52,060 bases of DNA, taken from Candidatus Micrarchaeia archaeon (GTDB lineage Archaea; Micrarchaeota; Micrarchaeia; Burarchaeales; JAVZCV01). Both the position numbers and the translations under genes were made by a program. A model generated the notes under the pieces. The model ran no database searches and had not been told where the DNA came from. It worked only from the letters and a program-made list of their open reading frames with translations. Positions 9,796-18,810 of the stretch are shown here, in pieces. Where the stretch lies: positions 1 to 52,060 of the forward strand of contig JAVZCV010000003.1 in NCBI GenBank assembly GCA_038874215.1. The letters run 5' to 3'. Every line of letters starts with the position of its first letter. Positions within the stretch are counted from its first letter, which is position 1.

Positions 9796-10246
9796 TTCCT
9801 GTATTTTTCAGCCTTATTGCAAACTCCCTTGCTCTTTCCAGGTCCCTATCATCGGGCTTACCCTTGTTCATTCCACCTATGTATTTCAATGGCCCGTGTG
9901 TATTGAATCCCCTGCAGGAAAACTCGCCTATAATATTGAAGCCTTTTTCAATGAGTTTTCTTTTTAGAAGCAGGTGGTCAAGGGGCATAAGCCCAAGGCC
10001 GCTCGTTGAGAATATGAAGGCTTTTTTGTTCATGTGTGGCAGTTTATCAATAAAAGAGAAAAGGCTTCTATGATGCCTCCCGAAATAGATGCCCGAGCCG
10101 AAGCCTATAAGTTCGCAGTTGGATAATAAGCTCGCATCAACATCCTCGGGTTTTGCGAAATTGGCTCTGAGAACCTCGCCGATTGCATTTGCAATTTTCT
10201 CGGTATTTTTGTGGTGGATTGAAACGCAGAGGATAAGGGTTCTCAT
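9785..10246 (-). CDS. Flavodoxin family protein
   Basis: SIHHKNTEKIA FMN loop, GFGSGIY, FSTSG and GEFSCRG motifs. Confidence 0.85.
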   Translation of the reverse strand: MRTLILCVSIHHKNTEKIANAIGEVLRANFAKPEDVDASLLSNCELIGFGSGIYFGRHHRSLFSFIDKLPHMNKKAFIFSTSGLGLMPLDHLLLKRKLIEKGFNIIGEFSCRGFNTHGPLKYIGGMNKGKPDDRDLERAREFAIRLKNTGITL

Positions 10247-10299
10247 GCCATCCCAGAAACAATTAATAAGCAGGGGGATATTAATTCTTTGGTGGTTTT

Positions 10300-11298
10300 T
10301 TGGAAATCCTTGTAACGGGTGGTGCTGGCTTCATAGGAAGCAATTTCGTGCGCTATATAATTAAGAAGTACCCCAAAGCGCGTATTACTGTCCTTGATAA
10401 GCTCACCTATGCGGGTAACATAAACAATCTGCGCGATGTTATTAAGAGCAGGCGCATCAGGTTAATTAAAGGGGATATATGCGATGCTAAAACGGTTTTC
10501 CCGCTTGTAAGAAAGTCAGATATAATTGTGAACTTCGCAGCAGAAACGCATGTTGATCGCTCAATAGTGAAACCCGACGAGTTCATAATGACGGATGTGT
10601 ATGGCGTTTACGTTCTGCTCGAAGCTGCACGCAAATCAAAAATCAAGAGATTCATACAGATATCCACCGATGAGGTTTATGGTGAGGCTGTAGGAAAGCC
10701 TTCAAAGGAAACTGATGAACTGAAGCCAAAAAGCCCATATGCAGCCTCAAAGGCTGGTGGAGACAGGCTTGTATTTTCCTATTACTGCACGTATAACATA
10801 CCTGCAGTCATAACGCGTTGCACTAACAATTACGGGCCTTATCAATATCCTGAGAAACTCGTCCCACTCTTTCTGCTAAATGCACTTAACGACATGCCAC
10901 TACCAGTTTATGGAACTGGTAAGAACACAAGGGATTGGATATATGTGATTGACCATTGTCGTGCGATAGATGCGGCAATGAAAACGGAAGGGATAGAAGG
11001 CGAAACGTTTAACTTTGGCTCTGGGACAGAGCTTTCAGTGCTTGATATAGCCGAAACCATTCTGCATGCACTTGGAAAACCGAAATCGCTCATCCGATTC
11101 GTTAGAGACAGGCCGGGCCACGTGTTAAGACATGCAGTAGATGCATCAAAGGCGCTCCGCATTCTTGGATGGAAACCAAAAATGGATTTCAAGGATGGGA
11201 TAAACAAAACAATAGAGTGGTATAAGGAAAATGAATGGTGGTGGCGCCCGATTTGGCGACCAGACCCGATGGGAATTATGCGGAAGATAAAGCGTTAG
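10300..11298 (+). CDS. rfbB: dTDP-glucose 4,6-dehydratase
   Basis: TGGAGFIGSNF, DKLTYAGN, AAETHVDRS, STDEVYG, YAASK, DRPGH motifs; TTG start with GGTGG RBS. Confidence 0.95.
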   Translation: MEILVTGGAGFIGSNFVRYIIKKYPKARITVLDKLTYAGNINNLRDVIKSRRIRLIKGDICDAKTVFPLVRKSDIIVNFAAETHVDRSIVKPDEFIMTDVYGVYVLLEAARKSKIKRFIQISTDEVYGEAVGKPSKETDELKPKSPYAASKAGGDRLVFSYYCTYNIPAVITRCTNNYGPYQYPEKLVPLFLLNALNDMPLPVYGTGKNTRDWIYVIDHCRAIDAAMKTEGIEGETFNFGSGTELSVLDIAETILHALGKPKSLIRFVRDRPGHVLRHAVDASKALRILGWKPKMDFKDGINKTIEWYKENEWWWRPIWRPDPMGIMRKIKR

Positions 11299-12314
11299 GA
11301 TGCTTTTCGCAAGCTTTCAAGAGGCGGAAGGTGCATTGTATCGGCAATCGGTATTAAATACACATACTCCTGCCCATGTATTGAGGCTACAACGTCTATC
11401 CAAATGTTTGATATCTGTCGCTGCTGAGCGTATGGACTTTCACGGTATGCTTCAAGAACGGCATTGACAACTGCAAGAAATTCCTTCGCAGGGATTGCTG
11501 TGAGAGAAGCTGGGTCTACTCTAAGTTTTCCACCAGGACCTAAAACTCCGGGTTCAGTAGGAATGTGTCTGATACGGCCATTCTCAACGATACCTACTGT
11601 GGGAATTAGCTCAACTCTTGGAGCGCCCTTTTCAAGACCAGGTTGTGCATAATAGACTGGAAGAACTTCTTCTCCGACAATAATCACTGGTGCGTATAGG
11701 CCAGTAACTTTTTGGTGGAAGTTTGGCCTTATAACATTGCGCATTACCTCATCTCCATTTGCATTGCCGTTAAGCACGCGCTCGTATTCTGCAAACTTTG
11801 GCTGTTCAACTTCTCCAAAATGATAAACGAGCGGTTTTCCTACACTTTCAGCATGCTCTGACGCCACACTTATTGCTTTAGTTATCAAAGCCCTGCCTAT
11901 GCCCTGCCTTCGTGCTTTCTTGCTTGTCGCAACATAACCATGGAAGAGAATTGACCCATTAAGAGCTTCTACGGGAATAACATCCCCAGAATACATTCCG
12001 AGGCTTCTACCAGCATCGCCTTTTGCAATATTGGCTCCCACAACATAAGAGAGATATAAGAAGTATGCATCTTCATATTCCCCCTTTGCCACTCCTCGCA
12101 TATACCCACGAACAACATTGCCATGTTCCCGCTCATCCTTAGGAAAGGCTTCACGATATACTTTCTGCGCACGTTCAAAAAATTTATTGAAAACTTGTTT
12201 TGTTCTGGCATCTCCAGAAAAATGTAGCTTTCTGTACAATTTTGTCAGGTTATGAATATTACCCCTGTTCCCCCTGCCACGAGGGTTTTTAGCATGTACA
12301 GTAGTCCTACTCAT
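11295..12314 (-). CDS. Orphan GNAT-like acetyltransferase with basic N-terminal extension
   Basis: Acetyl-CoA motif A (YVAT...RRQGIGRAL) and later GEVE. Start moved to ATG 12314, which follows a GGGGTGGTGA RBS. Confidence 0.6.
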   Translation of the reverse strand: MSRTTVHAKNPRGRGNRGNIHNLTKLYRKLHFSGDARTKQVFNKFFERAQKVYREAFPKDEREHGNVVRGYMRGVAKGEYEDAYFLYLSYVVGANIAKGDAGRSLGMYSGDVIPVEALNGSILFHGYVATSKKARRQGIGRALITKAISVASEHAESVGKPLVYHFGEVEQPKFAEYERVLNGNANGDEVMRNVIRPNFHQKVTGLYAPVIIVGEEVLPVYYAQPGLEKGAPRVELIPTVGIVENGRIRHIPTEPGVLGPGGKLRVDPASLTAIPAKEFLAVVNAVLEAYRESPYAQQRQISNIWIDVVASIHGQEYVYLIPIADTMHLPPLESLRKAS

Positions 12315-12380
12315 TTCACCACCCCATATATAATTATGCCTTGCCAAGTATATAATTTTATTACTGCGTAGGGTTCTTTT

Positions 12381-13274
12381 ATGATGCGGATAGGCTACCC
12401 ATGCATCAATCTTGGGGTTGGGTGCACTCCAAACTCAACATTCCGAAAGAAATCCTACTCAGAAGAGCGGCTTAAAAGTGCTGTCTCAAACAATTTAAAC
12501 TGCTTATCACGCATTTTAGGCTACAATAAGCGAAATAACATCTTATTCTTCCGAGTTAGTTCTGATATTGTTCCTTTTGCCTCCCACCCAATATGCAAGT
12601 TCAATTGGGCAAAGCATTTTCGTGAAGAGTTCCACAAAGTTGGAGAATATGCCCTTCAGAATGGAATGCGCTTGTCCATGCATCCCGACCAGTTTGTAGT
12701 TATCAATTCTCCAAATCCAGATGTGGTTGAAAGGAGCGTTAGGGAGCTTGAATACCACGTGAAAGTTCTGGATTTGATGGGGCTTGACGAATCAGCCAAA
12801 ATCCAGATTCATGTTGGAGGAGTCTATGGAAACAAGGACGAGTCAATTGAGCGCTTTGCTGAAAACTATAAAAAATTAAGATTGGGGGTTAAACGTAGGT
12901 TAGTCGTTGAAAATGATGAGAAACTTTTCAGCCTTCGCGATTGCCTTTTTCTGAATGAGAAAATAGGCATTCCTGTTGTTTTTGACAGCCTTCATCATGA
13001 ATGCCTGAATAATGGTGAAAGTAGGGTTGATGCTATCTCTTTGGCATCAGAAACATGGGGTGAAAAAGACGGCCAGCCTATCATAGATTATAGTAGCCAG
13101 AAGCGCGGTGGGCGCGTTGGAGCACATGCACCAACGATTAACCTTAAACACTTTCGGACCTTTGTTGAGGAGGTTGGAAAAAGGAATATTGATATAATGC
13201 TTGAAATAAAGGATAAGGAGAGAAGCGCTATGAAAGCGTTAAAGCTTTTGCAGTCGCTTAATATGAGAAGGTGA
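12381..13274 (+). CDS. uvsE: UV damage endonuclease (UVDE)
   Basis: RIGYPCIN, FRVSSDIVPFASHP, SMHPDQF, IHVGG, VENDE, FDSLHH and MLEIKDKE motifs. Confidence 0.95.
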   Translation: MMRIGYPCINLGVGCTPNSTFRKKSYSEERLKSAVSNNLNCLSRILGYNKRNNILFFRVSSDIVPFASHPICKFNWAKHFREEFHKVGEYALQNGMRLSMHPDQFVVINSPNPDVVERSVRELEYHVKVLDLMGLDESAKIQIHVGGVYGNKDESIERFAENYKKLRLGVKRRLVVENDEKLFSLRDCLFLNEKIGIPVVFDSLHHECLNNGESRVDAISLASETWGEKDGQPIIDYSSQKRGGRVGAHAPTINLKHFRTFVEEVGKRNIDIMLEIKDKERSAMKALKLLQSLNMRR

Positions 13275-13765
13275 TTGTGGATATGGGACAGGGAAGAAAG
13301 CTATCGTTGCTTGTTGGGGCAATAATCGTATGCCAGATGGCTGGGATAATTGGCTCTTTCTTCACCATCCCCGCAATTCCAACATGGTATGCTACTTTGA
13401 AAAAGCCGTTTTTCACTCCGCCAAACTGGGTTTTTACGCCAGTATGGATCTCGTTATTTACCTTAATGGGCATTTCCCTTTATATAATTCTTATTAAAGG
13501 CATCGAAAATCAGGAGGTTAGGTTAGCAGTTTTGGTGTTTGGGATTCAGCTAACCCTGAATGCCATATGGTCATTTCTGTTCTTCGGGCTTAAATCGCTC
13601 TTTCTCTCATTTCTCGGCATTAGCGCCCTATGGCTTGCCATTATAATTACGATAGCCCTCTTTTATAAGCTCTCAAAATCCGCCGCTCTTCTGCTAATCC
13701 CATACCTGCTTTGGGTTAGTTTTGCCGCTCTCCTCAATTTCGCTGTTTTCCTGCTTAACCCTTAA
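13271..13765 (+). CDS. tspO: TspO/MBR tryptophan-rich sensory protein
   Basis: WYATLKKPFFTPPNWVF..VW, LNAIWSFLFFG and LLIPYLLWVSFA motifs. Confidence 0.95.
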   Translation: MIVDMGQGRKLSLLVGAIIVCQMAGIIGSFFTIPAIPTWYATLKKPFFTPPNWVFTPVWISLFTLMGISLYIILIKGIENQEVRLAVLVFGIQLTLNAIWSFLFFGLKSLFLSFLGISALWLAIIITIALFYKLSKSAALLLIPYLLWVSFAALLNFAVFLLNP

Positions 13766-14318
13766 TTTTAAACCCGACGAATCTCTCCACGACTTTCCAA
13801 ATGAAATATGCAAGCACGCCGCCAGCGAGCGCTGTTGCAAACTGCATTACGCCCATCGCAGAAAGGAAAAGCGCTGGCACGAAGCCGAAGTTAAATAGAG
13901 CGAGAGCACTTGCAAACAGGAAGGAGGATTTTGCAAGCGCGCCGATAAAAAGAGAAACGGCGTAGTTTATTTTCTTTTCAATAAAAAGCGCCTTTATAGC
14001 AAGAATGAGTATGATGTTGCCAACCCAGATGAATGGAAGCATGAAGGCGAGAGCGGGTGTGAATGGGCCGAAGAGAACGCCACGCAAGAGGGCGCTAACG
14101 CTCGGAATCAGTGAAAGAAAAATAACCTGTCTCGCTCCTAGATTCAGGGCGGATATGACCAAGAAGGTATTTACGAGAGTGCCAACGTATACCTGTGGAT
14201 GGCCCATGATAAGCGGTATGCCGAAGGATAATGCAATTAAAAGGCAGAATTCAGCAAATTCAAATGCATACGAACTTCTGAATGCTCGCACATCAAGAGA
14301 GGCATAGAGCCACCTCAT
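13755..14318 (-). CDS. ECF S-component-like membrane protein, last gene of the hydrogenase operon
   Basis: About 6 TM segments with HPQ..VGTLVN, PFIWVGN, K..FLF and QFATAL.GG. Starts 9 nt after the hydA stop with a GAGGTGA RBS. Confidence 0.55.
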   Translation of the reverse strand: MRWLYASLDVRAFRSSYAFEFAEFCLLIALSFGIPLIMGHPQVYVGTLVNTFLVISALNLGARQVIFLSLIPSVSALLRGVLFGPFTPALAFMLPFIWVGNIILILAIKALFIEKKINYAVSLFIGALAKSSFLFASALALFNFGFVPALFLSAMGVMQFATALAGGVLAYFIWKVVERFVGFKIKG

Positions 14319-14327
14319 ATCATCACC

Positions 14328-16061
14328 TCATAAACCATAGCCTTTTTTCGGTGTATATGTTGTATGCAGAAGTTTCATAGACTTTTCCCCGAGCGGCTTT
14401 ACTAGAAACTCTTCATAGAGTTTTTTTATTGCAGGGTTTTCATGGGATTTGCGGATAGGCAAAGAGCGGTCAACCCGATATATCGCCTTTGCGCGCTCCT
14501 TTATAACTTTGAGGCGAAGTTCACGCGGTGGTATTGGCTGCCCTCCTCCTCCAATGCATCCGCCCCTGCACGCCATAACTTCCACGAAATCGTATGCCCA
14601 GTTTCCCGCACGCAGTTCTTCAAGAATCTTTCTTGCGCCCCCGAGGGTGTTCGCAATCGCCACCTTTACTTTCCTGCCATCAAAATCAACTGTGGCTTGG
14701 CGCACAAACTCAAAACCGCGCACCTGCTTGAAATCAAGCTGTTTTAGCTCCTTTCCTGTTGCTATCTCATATGCTGTTCTCAATGCAGCCTCGGTAACGC
14801 CACCCGTAGCTCCGAAAAGAGCCGCAGCGCCCGTTGATATTCCGAGAGGCTCATCAAACGGCTCTGGTTTCAATGAAGGAAGATGTATCCCCACTTCCAT
14901 CATCATGCGTGCAGCCTCTCGCGTTGTAAGAACAAAATCAACATCGCGGACTCCAGAAGCGCACATTTCGGGTCGGGCAGCCTCAAACTTTTTCGCAGTG
15001 CACGGCATTATTGAAACGAGAACTATGTCTTCTGGTTTTAGGCTGTTTTTCTCGGCATAATATGTTTTCGCTATTGCTCCGAACATCTGCATCGGGGATT
15101 TGCATGTACTTAGATATGAAAGAAGGTCAGGATAGAAATGCTCTATGAAATCTATCCATGCAGGACAGCATGAGCTTGAGAGGAGCGGCAATCCCTTTTC
15201 AACCTTCTCTGCGAGCTCGTGCGCCTCTTCCATTATCGTCAAATCGGCCCCAAAGTTTGTATCAAAGACCTTATGGAAGCCAAGCCGCCTTAGTGCAGCG
15301 ACTGTTTTGCCAGTAACAATCCTGCCTGGTGGCAACCCAAACATTTCACCTATACTCACGCGAACAGAGGGCGCAATTTGGCATATAACGTGCTTTCCAG
15401 AATGAAGTGCATTCCAGACTTCGTTTATTGATTCTCGCTCAGAGATAGCGCCTGTTGGGCAGACGATTGTGCACTGACCGCATGAGACGCATGGAGTTTC
15501 TGAAATCGGCTTATCGTATGCGGTCGTCACTACGGAGTTTAGCCCGCGTTTTGCGAAGCTATAAACGCCGACAGTTTGAATATCGCGGCATACTCGCACG
15601 CACCTGCCACATAGTATGCACTTGTCAAGGTCTCGCTCTATCGCTGGGCTTGATTTGTCTATAAAGTGCCTTTTGTCTCGCATTTCGTACTTGTAGTCCC
15701 TCATTCCATACTCATAAAGAAGGCTCTGGAACTCGCACCTTCCATGCTTTTCGCACGTCTTGCAGTCTGCGGGATGGGAGCAGAGAAGTAATTGAAGAAT
15801 GAACTTCCTTGCATCTATCACCCTTTTTGAGCGGGTATTCACAACCATTCCATCCTGCGCTGGTAGCGTGCATGAAGCAGGAAGGCCCCGCATTCCTTCC
15901 ACTTCAACTATGCATAGCCTACACTCGCTCTGCGGTGGCAAGCCTTCATAATAGCAAAGAGTCGGTATGTATATCCCTGCCTGCTTTGCTGCTTCAAGAA
16001 CCGTAGTACCTTTATTTACGGTTATCTTTTTACCATCTATTGTTAGTGATATTTTGGCCAT
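14328..16061 (-). CDS. hydA: [FeFe]-hydrogenase catalytic subunit (group A, HydA/HndD architecture)
   Basis: H-cluster motifs L1 SSCCPAW, L2 MPCTAKKFE and L3 EVMACRGGCIGGGGQP. N-terminal [2Fe-2S], His-ligated [4Fe-4S] (HPADCKTC) and 2x[4Fe-4S]. C-terminal small-subunit domain RKSHENP. Confidence 0.97.
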   Translation of the reverse strand: MAKISLTIDGKKITVNKGTTVLEAAKQAGIYIPTLCYYEGLPPQSECRLCIVEVEGMRGLPASCTLPAQDGMVVNTRSKRVIDARKFILQLLLCSHPADCKTCEKHGRCEFQSLLYEYGMRDYKYEMRDKRHFIDKSSPAIERDLDKCILCGRCVRVCRDIQTVGVYSFAKRGLNSVVTTAYDKPISETPCVSCGQCTIVCPTGAISERESINEVWNALHSGKHVICQIAPSVRVSIGEMFGLPPGRIVTGKTVAALRRLGFHKVFDTNFGADLTIMEEAHELAEKVEKGLPLLSSSCCPAWIDFIEHFYPDLLSYLSTCKSPMQMFGAIAKTYYAEKNSLKPEDIVLVSIMPCTAKKFEAARPEMCASGVRDVDFVLTTREAARMMMEVGIHLPSLKPEPFDEPLGISTGAAALFGATGGVTEAALRTAYEIATGKELKQLDFKQVRGFEFVRQATVDFDGRKVKVAIANTLGGARKILEELRAGNWAYDFVEVMACRGGCIGGGGQPIPPRELRLKVIKERAKAIYRVDRSLPIRKSHENPAIKKLYEEFLVKPLGEKSMKLLHTTYTPKKGYGL

Positions 16062-16062
16062 G

Positions 16063-17850
16063 TCAAGCCCTACCCATCCTGCATACGCCCACAGGGCATT
16101 TTTTCTCCTTTATGTGAATCAAGTATTCATCCTTGAAATATTGTAAGGTAGTAAGCACGGGGTTTGGTGCGGTTTGACCAAGCCCGCAAAGGGATGTGTC
16201 CTTTATCATTCTTCCCATTCTTTCAAGCGCTTCTATATCTTCAACTTTTCCCATTCCCTCAGTTATTCTCGTAAGTATCTCAAGCATCCTCGCCGTTCCC
16301 TCCCTGCAAGGAGTGCACTGGCCACACGATTCGCTCTGCGTGAAAGATAGGAAGAATCGTGCAACATCAACCATGCACGTCCTGTCATCCATAACGACTA
16401 TTCCGCCAGAACCCATTATTGAACCCGCCTGTTGGAGGGATTCGTAGTCAAGAGGCAGGTCAAGGCATGAAGCAGGAAGGCAACCGCCCGAAGGCCCGCC
16501 AGTTTGCACCGCTTTGAAGCTCTTCCCATCGGGTATCCCTCCTCCTACTGTGAATATAAGGTCGCGCAGTTTTATGCCTATGGGCACTTCAAATGCGCCA
16601 GTGTTGTTAACCTTCCCCGTGAGGCAGAAGACTTTCGTTCCCTTGCTCTTTTCAGAGCCAACCTGTGCAAACCAGTCGGCGCCCTTTGCGAGTATGGTAG
16701 CAACGTGTGCGAGAGTCTCAACGTTGTTTATCACTGTTGGCTTCCCCCATAGTCCTTTTTCAGCAGGGAAAGGCGGGCGTGCGCGTGGCATGGCTCGCTT
16801 GCCTTCAATTGAGGCTATGAGTGCTGTTTCTTCTCCACAAACAAATGCGCCAGCCCCGAGCCTAACGCTCACGTCAAAATCAAACCCAGATCCCAATATG
16901 CTTTTGCCAAGAAAGCCCTTTTTTCGCGCCTGCTCAACCGCTTTTTTTATCCTCTCTGCGGCAAGCGGTTTTTCTGCACGGACATAAACAAACCCTTGGT
17001 TTGCACCTATTGCATACGCTGCGATTATGAGGCCTTCAAGGACTTTGTGGGGATCGCCTTCAAGCGTTGCCCTGTTCATGAATGCGCCAGGGTCGCCTTC
17101 GTCTGCGTTGCATATCATGAACTTTTCATCGCTTTTTATTCTCCTGCAAAATTCCCACTTCATTGCTGTGGAAAATCCCGAACCGCCTCTTCCTCTTAGC
17201 CCTGCCTTTTTTACTTCTGCGATGACTTCCTCAGGAGATAGCAGAAGGGCTTTTGCAAGCCCTAAATATCCGCCTCGCGAGATATAGTGGTCTATTGACT
17301 CAGGGTCTATCACGCCGCAGTTATCAAAAACGCCTCTCCGCTGAATGGCGTAGAATGGGAGCGATGAGAGCAGAGGGACTTTATCGCCATCTGCCCATGC
17401 ACATTCGCCTCTTCTTGCGAAGCATTTTTCAACGAGCACCCTTTTTTCCAATGCAGACGAAACAAGGGCAGGAACATCTGAGACATCAACATGAGAGTAG
17501 ATTATGCCTTCAACGTCGGGTGCGCGGATTTCTACGAGCGGCTCGGCAAAGCAGAAGCCCATGCATCCTGTACTAAAAACTTCAGCATCAATACTGCGCT
17601 TTTTTATTTCATCAGCGAGCGCGGTTTTTACCTCTCCCGCACCCGAACTGAGCCCGCATGTGCCCGTGCCAACATAAAAAACTAGTTTTTTGGGATGCAG
17701 AAGGTCGGCAATGTTGCTTTTGTCTGCCTTTTTGCAGTGATAATCTTCGTGGCAGATAACACCATTTGGGGAGGTTTCTATGAAGCCCGTGCAGGGTTTT
17801 TTACCAACGCATTTGGGGCATTTTTTTATTCGTGAGTTTTTCCCAACCAT
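16063..17850 (-). CDS. hydB: NuoF-like diaphorase subunit of a trimeric [FeFe]-hydrogenase
   Basis: GLRGRGGSGF, NADEGDPGAFM, GAGAFVCGEETAL, NNVET, GGPSGG and ESCGQCTPCREG motifs. Confidence 0.95.
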   Translation of the reverse strand: MVGKNSRIKKCPKCVGKKPCTGFIETSPNGVICHEDYHCKKADKSNIADLLHPKKLVFYVGTGTCGLSSGAGEVKTALADEIKKRSIDAEVFSTGCMGFCFAEPLVEIRAPDVEGIIYSHVDVSDVPALVSSALEKRVLVEKCFARRGECAWADGDKVPLLSSLPFYAIQRRGVFDNCGVIDPESIDHYISRGGYLGLAKALLLSPEEVIAEVKKAGLRGRGGSGFSTAMKWEFCRRIKSDEKFMICNADEGDPGAFMNRATLEGDPHKVLEGLIIAAYAIGANQGFVYVRAEKPLAAERIKKAVEQARKKGFLGKSILGSGFDFDVSVRLGAGAFVCGEETALIASIEGKRAMPRARPPFPAEKGLWGKPTVINNVETLAHVATILAKGADWFAQVGSEKSKGTKVFCLTGKVNNTGAFEVPIGIKLRDLIFTVGGGIPDGKSFKAVQTGGPSGGCLPASCLDLPLDYESLQQAGSIMGSGGIVVMDDRTCMVDVARFFLSFTQSESCGQCTPCREGTARMLEILTRITEGMGKVEDIEALERMGRMIKDTSLCGLGQTAPNPVLTTLQYFKDEYLIHIKEKKCPVGVCRMGRA

Positions 17851-17854
17851 AAAA

Positions 17855-18340
17855 TCAACGTTCGTACTTCGCTATTATCTCGGCTACTTTTGATGGCTCA
17901 ACCCGTGAATAGATATCGTTGTTAATTCTAACTATAGGTCCCAAAGCGCATGCGCCAAAGCACCGCACGGGAAGGAGCGTAAAGCGTTTGTCGCTAGTTG
18001 TGTTGCCTGCTTTTATGCCAAGCACGTTCTCAAAAGCCTCAAGGACTGCCTTGGCTCCTTTCACGTGGCATGCGGTACCAGTGCAGACCTGAATTATGTT
18101 CTCGCCAGGCGGCTCTAACCTGAATTGCAGGTAGAAGGTAGCAACGCCATATATCTCGGAAAGCGGTATTTTCAATTTTTCAGAAACAAGTGCAACATCC
18201 TCTTTTCGCAGATAGCCCATCTCTTCCTGAAGCTCTTGCAGAATAGGGATGAGGGAGCCCCTTTCAGAGGCATGCCTGTCTATTATCCTCTTTATTTTTG
18301 CAGAGACATCAATCTCAACACGCTGGTCGCTGGCGCCCAT
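17855..18340 (-). CDS. hydC: NuoE-like [2Fe-2S] subunit
   Basis: LIPILQ, YGVATFY, VCTGTACHVKGA and CFGACALGP motifs. Confidence 0.95.
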   Translation of the reverse strand: MGASDQRVEIDVSAKIKRIIDRHASERGSLIPILQELQEEMGYLRKEDVALVSEKLKIPLSEIYGVATFYLQFRLEPPGENIIQVCTGTACHVKGAKAVLEAFENVLGIKAGNTTSDKRFTLLPVRCFGACALGPIVRINNDIYSRVEPSKVAEIIAKYER

Positions 18341-18357
18341 GCATTAGCATCGCAAGC

Positions 18358-18377
18358 ATTTATTAAAAGTTTTTCGC
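18358..18377 (-). promoter_or_regulatory. BRE/TATA promoter of the hydrogenase operon (likely leaderless)
   Basis: Minus strand GCGAAAAACTTTTAATAAA, with the TATA element about 21-28 nt upstream of the hydC ATG. Confidence 0.6.
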
Positions 18378-18702
18378 AGGCGGAATTTTGTTGTTGAGAT
18401 TTTTTCCTTTCTTTGAGAGTTCATCACGTCTGTGCAGCAACCGCCATACGCTTCTCGCATCTCTTTGCATCCTGAGGGCTTCGATCGCGGTGCTAATCGT
18501 ATCTTTTATGTCTGATATTCACAACGCTCCCGCTTAAGCCCGAAGTAGGGACTTCAATCTCCAGCCTGAATTCCTTTATTTCCTCCCCAACTTTATCTTT
18601 AAGATGAAAAACTGCCATTGCAGTTTCTGGCGTATTCGGCAGAATTTGGATTCCCTCAACCTTTAGACGCGGTATTCGGACTACGCCGTTTTCTCTTGAC
18701 AT
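18363..18702 (-). pseudogene. Small hypothetical gene, apparently frameshifted (or a 69-aa ORF at 18493-18702)
   Basis: GGTG RBS and ATG at 18702. The +1 frame continues ISDIKDTISTAIEALRMQRDARSVWRLLHRRDELSKKGKNLNNKIPPAKNF* to 18363. Confidence 0.4.
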
Positions 18703-18810
18703 AGAAACACCAAAAATTGCGAATATATTGTGGTTAAATTGATATTTAATATTTTTGATGCATCTATTTTTGGCGGCCTGCGGATGAGAAACTGAAATCG
18801 TTGTACATAG

